Of a stretch of DNA of 64,000 nt, positions 25,488 to 34,741 are shown piece after piece. Every line of letters begins with the position of its first letter. Within the stretch, counting starts at the first letter, position 1. The DNA lies in contig JBGVBX010000024.1 in the NCBI GenBank assembly GCA_045225975.1, positions 15,497 to 79,496 on the forward strand. Direction: 5' to 3'. This DNA comes from Malacoplasma sp. GTDB taxonomy: Bacteria; Bacillota_I; Bacilli_A; Mycoplasmatales; Mycoplasmoidaceae. Under the pieces are notes generated by a model. The model saw only the letters and a program-made list of their open reading frames with translations, was not told the origin of the DNA and did no database searches. Both the position numbers and the translations under genes were made by a program.

Positions 25488-27764
25488 ATGTGAATTTATT
25501 TAAAGTACATAGTTAAATATTTATTAAAAAAGATGACTTTTTGAATAGTTATTTTTTCTTATATTTTAGTTTTCTCATTAATTTGTTTAGTTATTCCTGC
25601 CATTAGCAAGTCTTATTTCTTATGGGCATGGGTATCTGAATTTAGAAGTTTAAACATGATATTTGAATATTTAATTGCTTTATATGCAGCAATACTTGCT
25701 ATATTTATTTTTAGAGCACCAGTAGATGATGGTAGTGAATTATTAATTTGTTCTAAACCAATTAATCGCTCTAAATTGATTACTTCAAAATTTATTATTT
25801 TCGTTCTTGGTTGTGCTTTCTACGGACTAATTAGCAGCTTATTTGCATGTTTTGCATTTTTATTACCAACCAATTATTGATCTGTACTTAGCTTAATACT
25901 TAGCTTCTTCACTGTTAGTTTTGTTTTTTCTCTTCTATTTGGTGGTATTGCTATTTTAATTTCAATTAATCATGGAAAATTATGAATAATATCATGAAAC
26001 ATGGTTGTTGTTCTTTTAACAAATATTATTTTTTTTATGGGTGCAGTTGGATTAAAAGAGCCGGCTGCAGCTATTACAAATTCAAAAAAAACAACATCTA
26101 CTCAAGTTTCATTTATTAATCGCAATAATAAACAAATAAAAGGAGAATACTTTGTTAGTTTATCAGGTTCAAGCCTTTCATCATTAGAGGAGTTTAATCT
26201 TGAATGGCAAAAACAAGTTTACCAAGATGGTGTAAATAAATCAACAACAAAAGCAACTTATCCTATTGACATAACAGGTCACATGTACATTATGAGCAAT
26301 CTTGGTGATTTAGATTACGTAAGAAAACAGATTAATGGTGCCCAACAAATAGGTCAAAGTAATGCATTTGATTATAAAATCAATGGTTTAGTTCACAAAT
26401 ATCCTGATAAAAGTTTTGCTCCAATTGAAAATGACGATCGTTATTGAAAATGAACGGAATTTGGTTCAAAGGATTCACCACTACTTTATACGAAATATTC
26501 ACGCCTAAAAAGAAGTGATTTAGCTAGATTTGTTAAAATTAATAGTCAATTTTCATACGATAATATAGATGAGATGTTTGAATTATTAAATTCGCTATTA
26601 GTAAATGAATCTACTGTTTTCTGTTCAGGAATTGTTGGTAATTCTAGCAGTATGTCTAATCCTATCAATTTTAGTGCACCATATACTGATACAAGATTTA
26701 TTTTTGGTTATGATGACCCATGATCTAGAACACCAACTTATAGTGTTGGTAAATTTTTTAATGGATCATCAGCTACAAAGAATATTGTTTTTATGAATTC
26801 TAAATTATTAGAACCATTACCTATTGAAAAAGATTTGTTTGATTTTTTGATATATGAATTGATGTTTAATAAGGATTCAGATTTTTACAATGATTGTTTT
26901 GAAAAAGATAATACATATTATCACTTTAACTTAAAAAAATATCCAAATACTTCACATGATCAAATTTATAAGAAAATATATGAAATTTTAAGTAGTGAAA
27001 ATGTGAATAAAAAAATGAATTTAAAGTCTGAGTACGATTTTGCTTTAGAAATTTATAAATTTAAATATTACATTTCAAGACAATTATTAGGTTATTATGG
27101 TATTGAAGATTCAGTATGTACAAATTGAATAAATCCTGAACTACAAAAAATAATAGTGCCATATAATAATTATTTTCGTTTAGTATTTATTCCACAATAT
27201 AACTCTTATACTATTCGTAATATTGATGAATATCTTGAATCAATTCCTATAGCATATGATGATTTTAAATTAAATCCAAAAGAAGCATTTCGTTACGGAT
27301 TATTTGTATTGCCACAGCTTTCATCATCTAATGTTAATATGTTATCTTTAGAGCTTACTGGTAAAAATGATGGATTAAAATTAGCTTCATGTGAATATGA
27401 TGGTAGTGATGTAGATACTTCAGAATTATCTGATATATACAAAATTTATGATATATCCAAAACAGATTGAACAACAACTAATAATTTTGGTTATTTCTCT
27501 GAGCTGGGTTTAAAATTAGACACATTATTAGGTGAATTTGCTTTCAAAAATAGTCCAATATTTACAAATAAAGGATATACAAATCTATATGGATCTGAAA
27601 TTTCAAGCAATTCAACTCAATTATTGATTTATCAACATATGTTATTTACATATAGTTGTAATGAAATATATAACCCATATATGTTATTAGTAATTTATCT
27701 AATTATTGATTTCATGATTTTATCAGTCGGATATGCAGCATATATTCGTCATGATATCAAATAA
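25488..27764 (+). CDS. Large integral membrane protein, probably an ABC-2-type permease with an extracytoplasmic domain of about 530 aa
   Basis: Frame 0 is open for 758 aa with many TGA. About five N-terminal hydrophobic helices precede a long soluble region, and a final helix reads LLVIYLIIDFMILSVGYAAY. Confidence 0.6.
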
Positions 27765-27766
27765 AT

Positions 27767-28807
27767 TTATTTATATTTTGCGTATAGTGATTTAAATTTT
27801 TTTAATACTTCATTGCAGTTAAAAATACCAATTTTTTTACTATTAGAATAAATTACATATTTATTTTTCAAACCATAAATACCAATATCTGCATTTTTAG
27901 ACTCGTTAATACCATTAACTAGACAGCCCATAATTGCAACGGTTATATTTTTAGGGTTTAAATCTGTTATTAATTTAATCTCATTTAGTAATTTCATTAA
28001 ATCTACTTGGCATCTTCCACAAGTTGGGCAACTTATTAAATGAGTTAAATTAACATCATAACCATTTTCTTGTAGAATTGTTTTAGCTATAATTGGTTCA
28101 TCATATGGATCACCAGAAATTGAAACTCTAATTGTATTTCCTATTTTCGATCAAAGTAATTGCGAAATTAATAATGTTGATCTAACACATGAAGTTTTAA
28201 TTTCCCCAGCCTCTGTAGCACCAATATGAATAGGATATTTAAAGTATCTAGCTAATCATATATTTAATGTTATTGTTTTATATACATCAGAAGATTTAAT
28301 GCTTAATACAATGTTATAAAATTTATTCTTTTCGCATAAACTAACGTATTTTTTCATTAGGTTAATTATTTGTGTATTTGTTTTAATATTTTTAGGCAAT
28401 GAACCAGTATTGATACCTATTCTTATAGCAACATTGTTTTTCTTAGCAGCAACAATTATTTGCTCAAATTCTTTTAAATTATTTAAATTACCTGGGTTGA
28501 TTCTTATTTTTGCTACTTTTGCTTTAATTGCCTGAAGAGCAAAATTAGCATTAAAATGAATATCAGCAATAATTGGACATTTAGAAAATTTAACAATTTT
28601 AACTAATGCTTTAACATCTTGAATATCTAATACAGCGACTCTTACAAGTTTACAGCCTAATTTATATAGTGTATTTATTTGCTTTATTGTTTTATCAATA
28701 TCACTTGTTTTAGTATTAGTCATTGATTGGATAAAAATGTTATTATTTCCGCCAATAACAATGTTACCAATTTTAACTTTTCGTGTTTTATCCCTTGTAT
28801 ATCACAT
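27767..28807 (-). CDS. ispG: 4-hydroxy-3-methylbut-2-enyl diphosphate synthase (MEP pathway)
   Basis: The N-terminus MWYTRDKTRKVKIGNIVIGGNNNIFIQSMTNT is followed by LVRVAV, PIIADIHF, RINPGN, and CPTCGR and ...GC.VNG... cluster motifs. The protein is 346 aa. Confidence 0.85.
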
Positions 28808-30537
28808 TAGCACAAATTATTCTGTTTTAAAAACTCTTTAACCAATTTATTTATTTCTTCAGTAGTAGAACATTGCAATGCTTTATTAGCTAAAATTTCA
28901 CAATCTTTAAAATTTAAAGAATTAATTATTCTTCTAGCTTGTGGAATGATTGTAGGAGACATTGATAAGTCATCAACACCTAGACCTAATAAAACAGGGA
29001 TTGATAAAGGATTACCACCAATTTCACCACAAACACCAGCAAAGCGATTATTTAAATGGGCACCTTTAATAGTCATATCAATTAGTTTTAATAATGCAGG
29101 GTTATTTGGCTGATATAAATAATCAATTGTTTTTGACATACGATCAACTGCAAAACTATATTGGATTAAATCATTTGATCCGATCGAGAAGAAATCAGCA
29201 TGTTCTGAAAATTTATTAGCCAATATAGCAGAACTTGGAATTTCTACCATCATACCAATTAGGATATTATCAGCAATCTTATGACCTTCTTTTTTTAATT
29301 CATCAAATACTTCTAATGTAAAATTCTTAGCTTCAATGAATTCATCGATATTAGCAATCATTGGAAACATAATTGCTAATTTGCCATAAACACTTGCTCG
29401 GCCTAAAGCTCTTAATTGACATTTAAAAATATCTTTTCTAGCTAAGCAAAATCTTATAGCTCTTACACCTAAAAAAGGATTCATTTCAGGTGGGAATTCA
29501 TAATATGGTAATTTTTTATCACCACCAATATCTAAGGTACGAATAATAACTAATTTATTTTCTAAATTTGTTAAAACTTCTTTATAGATATTGAATTGTT
29601 CTTCTTCTGTTGGTCAATCACTATTATCCATGTATATGAATTCAGTTCTAAATAATCCAATGCCTTCACATCCATGTTTGTTTGCCAACATAGTATCCTT
29701 AACATTACCAATGTTAGCTTCACATTTTATTTTCTTGCCATCTAGTGTTTTAGTTTCTAATTTTGAATATTTCTCATATTCATTTTTTAGTAATTCATAA
29801 TTAGTTATTTTCTGTTTCCATTCATTTTCATCAGGATTTAAATCAATAACACCTGTTTGGCAATCTATTCCTATAAAATTATCATCCTTTACTTTTTTAA
29901 GAATATTTTTAGCACCAAATATTGCAGGAATTTCCAAATTTTGTAACATTATTGCTGAATGGGAAGTTTTTCCACCAATTTCACTAATAACACCTTTAAT
30001 ATACCTAGAGTCAAGTAAAGCAGCATTACCTGGAGTTAGGTCATAGGTAATTAATATAGTTGGTGTTTTGATTTCTAAGTTACTTGGAATTTTGATGTTT
30101 AATACATTGTATAGTAACCTACGTTTTACATCAAGAATATCAATAGCTCTTTCTTTGAAATATGGATCATCCATTTGTTTAAATGTTTCATATTTACTGT
30201 TAAATACTGAATCAATCAATTTAACTAAATTAATTTTATCTGTATTAATTTGATCATGAATTTCTTTTATTATTTCAGGATCATTAATCATTGCAATATG
30301 TGCACTAAAAATTTCAGCTTTATCTTTACCTAATTTTTGTTCAACTAATACCTTTAAATTGTTCAATTGTTCAGTTGTTTTTTTGATACTTAGGTCTAAT
30401 TTATTAATTGCTTCATCTTTATTAATGGTATTTTCAGATGCCTCAATATCAATATTTGGCTCATTTAGGCAAAGAACTTTTGCATATGCAATACCATTAC
30501 TTACACCAGTAGCTTTTATAGTGCTGCTATTTTCCAT
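28807..30537 (-). CDS. ptsI: PTS enzyme I (phosphoenolpyruvate-protein phosphotransferase)
   Basis: GGKTSHSAIMLQNLEIPAI is the phospho-His region, and the C-terminal PEP-utilising domain has GIGLFRTEF and FFSIGSNDLIQY. The protein is 576 aa. Confidence 0.93.
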
Positions 30538-30673
30538 AATACTTAATATTATATTAAGTAAGGTGTAAACTTCTATCTTTTATAAGTAATTAATTTTTAG
30601 TAAAATTTCAATACTTTTTTAGGACTTTTATATGATATTGAGAATTTAAAATCAATGTAATAGGAAGATAAGT

Positions 30674-30949
30674 ATGAATTTTATGTCAGTAATTGGAATT
30701 GTTGATCATATAGAGACTAATTCAAAAGATAAATTATTATCGCTAATCTATTTAAAGGTTGATAATGTTTTATATAAAAACAAGTTGGGGCAATCTGAAT
30801 ATCAACTCATTCCAATAAAATTAAATAAACAAATTTTTAAAAGAGAATTTGATTTCTTAAAATCGGGAGCAATAGTTGGTGTGAAGGGTAGAATTGAATG
30901 TTCGAATTCGCAACTAGATTTAATAGCTGAAAGAATAAAAATATTTTAA
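30674..30949 (+). CDS. Small OB-fold-like protein (SSB-like core without the acidic tail)
   Basis: In this 91-aa protein, MSVIGIVDHIE... and ...LKSGAIVGVKGRIE resemble strands 1 and 4-5 of the SSB OB fold. The similarity is weak. Confidence 0.4.
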   Translation: MNFMSVIGIVDHIETNSKDKLLSLIYLKVDNVLYKNKLGQSEYQLIPIKLNKQIFKREFDFLKSGAIVGVKGRIECSNSQLDLIAERIKIF

Positions 30950-31030
30950 TCAAAACACAAGTGAAACAATATACAAGGTAATGAAAACAAAATAATAAGC
31001 ACAGTCAATAAACTATTAATTTAATATATG

Positions 31031-31036
31031 TATAAT
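31031..31036 (+). promoter_or_regulatory. Candidate -10 box for tRNA-His
   Basis: TATAAT lies 19 nt upstream of the first tRNA nucleotide. Confidence 0.35.
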
Positions 31037-31055
31037 GGAAATAGCACCACTACAT

Positions 31056-31134
31056 GGCGTTTATGGTGAAGCCTGGTTAACACAACTGACTGTGAATCAG
31101 CCATGCGTGGGTCCGAATCCCACTAAACGCCCCA
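31056..31134 (+). tRNA. tRNA-His (anticodon GTG) with encoded G-1 and an encoded 3' CCA
   Basis: I folded the cloverleaf by hand. The acceptor is GCGTTTA/TAAACGC, with an extra 5' G opposite discriminator C. The anticodon loop is CTGTGAA and the T arm is GTGGG-TCCGAAT-CCCAC. Confidence 0.85.
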
Positions 31135-31143
31135 TTAGAAACT

Positions 31144-31175
31144 AAAGTCAATGATTGCATTGACTTTTTTTATTT
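31144..31175 (+). terminator. Rho-independent terminator after tRNA-His
   Basis: AAAGTCAATG-ATTG-CATTGACTTT forms a 10-bp stem followed by TTTTTATTT. Confidence 0.6.
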
Positions 31176-31475
31176 GTTATTTATAGTTGTTGGTCTTAAA
31201 TACGACAATAATTTTGTAAAACATGAACTATTTTTATGATAGCTTTATCTTAATATGAATTTAAAAAATATGATGATATTGTTTCGTCCTTTTGCCATTG
31301 ATAATAACTTTTGTAACTTATTATTTGGTTCATATATGCCTATCATTTTACAACAGAAAATTTTATTACCAACTAAAGATAAAACAAAATAAAATTAATA
31401 AGATTAAAATTTTTAAAATTTCAATTATTTTGAAATTAAATATCTATCTTATTAAATTTGATTTAACAATTCAGA

Positions 31476-32747
31476 TCATTTAATGAAGTGAATTTTTAAT
31501 CTGTCTTCTAGAAGCAATTTGGAAAATAAATTTTTACCTTTATCTTTGTTACTAAAAGATTTTCCATATTCATGGACCAATTTATAAATATTGCTAAAAT
31601 TGCAAAATTTAGAGTGATTCATATCATTTTTATCTGACGGATATACAAAATGTAAAACCACATTATTAGAGTAAAGGTCAATTCTATCAAATATTGCTTG
31701 AAAATATGAATAATCATTTTCTGATAAGGAATGACCATAAAAATATATATCTACATTATCTACATTATTATCAAATATCAATGAATTATCATTTTCATTG
31801 TTAGCTCTGATTTTAGCTACTTTATAAGATTTACTAAACTCATAAAACAAATGATTATCAGAATTTTTAGTATCATCAATGCCTATCACTATTGATGGTG
31901 ATTCACCATTATTATCCATTTTTTGCATGCATCCATGAATATTAATATATTTAATTGATCAGTTTTTATACCTACGATATCCATTTTTTTTAAATGCATT
32001 TCCAATTTTATCTAAGATTTTTTCTGAATTACAAGTTGTATAATTGAAGCTCAAACAAAAGATATTATTAGTCACTAATTTTCTATGGTCGATAAATTTG
32101 TAAATATATGCTGCTCAATGTTTTAATAATTCATTACTAAAATCGTCTTCGTTTGTTATAGAAAACAAATAGTCATTAAATTTATTTTCAAAATGCCTAA
32201 GCGATTTTTCTATTATTGATTTTAATTCACTTTTGTTTCCTAACAGCAATTTTTTGATATTAGCCATTCCTTCAATGAAATAATTATTTAATATTACCAT
32301 TTCACCCATACCAAAATTTCTATCTAATATTCCTTGAAAATTTAAACATGAGCGTTCATGATAAGTTCTTAATATAGAAATTAAAGTTGTTTCCACATCT
32401 GATCATTTTGCATTTTTAAGATCTTCCAAATCTTTTATATTTTTTTCTTTAAATTTGGTGAAATTTCAGAGTAAATATAAAAATATAAAGAATTTTTCGT
32501 TCAATGAATTCAAGAACACTTTGGAATTTATCTGGTAGTTTCAATTTTTGGTTGGGAAGAGAAAAAATATCAAAAAGCGAAATGTATCTCCTTCTAAATA
32601 TATATCATATAAGGTACTTATTAATTTTTCATCTTTATTAAAATATCTATCAACTATAAAATCATAAAAGTTTGATTTGAGACCAAGATTCAAATCAAAT
32701 CCATTTCCTACTATAAAAATATAATTTTTTTGATCAATATTTTTCAT
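31476..32747 (-). CDS. AbiH-family (abortive infection) protein homologue
   Basis: Three in-frame fragments join through five TGA codons to give 423 aa. The signature blocks are IFIVGNGFDLNLGLKSNFYDF, YINIHGC and IYFYGHSLSENDYSYFQAIF. Confidence 0.7.
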
Positions 32748-32883
32748 ATGTAAAATAAATACATTTTTTATAATGTATTAAATATTTTAAGATAATATTT
32801 ATTATTTTTGCTCATTTTTGCAATACTATTCAAAATTTCCATAAATATAAAATATATTTATATATAATAATTTCATAAAACAT

Positions 32884-32911
32884 AGAAGCCTCCCATGGCT
32901 TCTTTTTATTT
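32884..32911 (+). promoter_or_regulatory. Terminator-shaped stem-loop in the rpmG leader
   Basis: AGAAGCC-TCCCAT-GGCTTCT is followed by TTTTTATTT and ends 10 nt before the rpmG ATG. TATAAT at 32863-32868 lies upstream. Confidence 0.4.
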
Positions 32912-32920
32912 GAAAGTTTT

Positions 32921-33067
32921 ATGAAGATAAAAGTCCCATTATTATGTAGTGAGTGTAATTCAAGAAATTACCACATTAAAAAGGAAAAATCTAGTTCAAA
33001 AAGAATTGAATTGAGAAAATATTGTCCACATTGTAAAAAGGTGACTGTTCATAAAGAATCAAGGTAA
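32921..33067 (+). CDS. rpmG: 50S ribosomal protein L33
   Basis: The 48-aa protein MKIKVPLLCSECNSRNYHIKKEKSSSKRIELRKYCPHCKKVTVHKESR has the CxxC...CxxC motif. It is below the length cutoff of the ORF track. Confidence 0.9.
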   Translation: MKIKVPLLCSECNSRNYHIKKEKSSSKRIELRKYCPHCKKVTVHKESR

Positions 33068-33068
33068 T

Positions 33069-33992
33069 ATGGAAAAAGACAAAAAAAGAGAACAAAAACG
33101 TGCAGAAAAAGAAAAAAGAAAAGCAGAATTTGATGAATTAAACCATCAAAGAGCTTTAAAATATAAAAAATTACAAGATACAAAAAAAGCTGAAAAGCAA
33201 AATTATAAGAAAAAAGCTAAAAAACTAAAACTTGAATACAAAGATAATTTACGTAAAATTAAATCTGATAATTCTAGAGAATTAAAAACCATATTAGCTA
33301 ATATAAAGACTTTAAATGGTTCAGGATTTGAAAATGAAGCAGATAAAATCAAAAAAGAAAATATAGCTAATTTAAAAAAGAAATTATCTGATCTTGAAAT
33401 GGAATATAAAGAGAATTTATTTTCAATAAAAATGTATATGTTATATGAAATTGCTAAAAATCAAGTAACAGAAAAACAACAGAAAAAAGGAAAAATGAAT
33501 GCTGATAAGAAATTAGCCTACCATATCTATCACAAAAAAATGAAAGTAATTGATAATATTTACAACCAGAAGGTTAATGAAATTTCAAAAGGACATCAAG
33601 ACCAAATTGATGCATACAATAAAAAGAAAGCAGAATTTACTTCTCAAAATAAAAAGAATAAAAAATCCATTGAATATAAACAGAAATTGGATGAATTCCG
33701 TACTCAATATATAAAAATTAATCTTGATCGCGAATCAAAATTAATTGAAAACAAAATTATTTATAAAAATACATGTGCTCAAGCATTACATGAGAGAGAT
33801 CTATCATATGATAATGAATTAGACACAGGTTTTAAATTTAGGAGATGATGATATGGAATTGGTAAAGAATTTCAAAGAATGTCATGGTCTACATATAAAA
33901 GAACATTTAAAGATTTCTGAATTGTAATCTTTGTAAGTCTCATTCTTGCAAGCATTTTTATGTTACTAGATTATATATTGACATTATTTTAA
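33069..33992 (+). CDS. secE: Preprotein translocase subunit SecE with a Lys/Glu-rich N-terminal extension of about 250 aa
   Basis: The C-terminal 55 aa, ...GKEFQRMSWSTYKRTFKDFWIVIFVSLILASIFMLLDYILTLF, form a SecE-type TM segment. The position between rpmG and nusG matches conserved synteny. Confidence 0.75.
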
Positions 33993-34008
33993 ATAAAAAG
34001 GAGATATT

Positions 34009-34740
34009 ATGGCACAAAACAACAGTCAATGATTTGCTATTACAGTTATAGGTGGTAAAGAAGATTCAATAATTGAATCTTTAAGAGAAAAGATATATAA
34101 CTTCGGTTACAATGAATATGTAACTGACATAAAGGTATTCAAAACTAAAAAAATAACTGAGAATGTTTTTACAAAAACAGATCCAAAATTACCAAAAAAT
34201 TTACATAATACAAAAACAATTACTTGGGAAACATTACCAAATGGTTCATACAAGAGAATAAAAACTAAAATTGTAAATAAGTTTCCAGGTTATGTGTTTA
34301 TAAAAATGGAAAATTTAGATGAGAAACTTTTACATTCTATTTGATTCTGCATTCGAAATACAAATGGTGTACTAGGTTTTGTAGGTTCAAGTGGTAAGGG
34401 AGTTTTACCCATTCCAATTTCAATCTCTGAATATGAAAATATTGCTAATGAACCACAACAAAAACAAGAGCAATCTGAAGCTACTGAAAATGTAAATGTT
34501 CAAGTTAATGAACAAACAGACCAAGTTATTGATCCTGTAGTTGATAAACAACCTAAGAAGGTATATACATGCAATTATAAAGTTGGTAACACAGTAAAGA
34601 TTAATTCTGGTTCATTTATTGGTGAATCAGGTGAAGTAAAAAATATTGATTTAGAAAAAGGTAAAGTTACTATCCAGATTGAGATTTTTGGACGTATAAC
34701 AACTATTGAATTAAATTTAGATCAAGTGGAAATAGAATAA
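34009..34740 (+). CDS. nusG: Transcription termination/antitermination factor NusG
   Basis: An AAAGGAG RBS precedes the gene. It has the MAQNNSQWFAITVIGGKE NGN domain and a C-terminal KOW (VGNTVKINSGSFIGESGEV). Confidence 0.9.
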
Positions 34741-34741
34741 A

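Noticed and set aside
30540-30560. An inverted repeat with 9-bp arms, TACTTAATA-tta-TATTAAGTA, immediately upstream of the ptsI start codon. I considered it as an operator or translational control element.
   Set aside because: It is almost pure A/T with a 3-nt spacer. Such palindromes are expected by chance in this genome. I saw no second copy or associated regulator gene in the window. It is kept only as a note.
31292-31483. A 63-aa ORF between tRNA-His and the AbiH-like gene, with a hydrophobic N-terminus then a K/I-rich region. I considered it as a small toxin or an antitoxin partner.
   Set aside because: It starts at TTG with no RBS. It is extremely low complexity (KIKQNKINKIKIFKISIILK). 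It is convergent with the AbiH-like gene and overlaps its stop. It is more likely chance open frame in AT-rich spacer DNA.
31135-32920. Search for att-like direct repeats of the tRNA-His 3' end, an integrase or transposase remnants flanking the AbiH-like gene.
   Set aside because: I found no repeat of the tRNA 3' segment and no recombinase-like ORF by eye. Only an 8-mer (TAAAACAT) is shared between the flanks, which is not meaningful at this base composition. I therefore make no mobile-element call.
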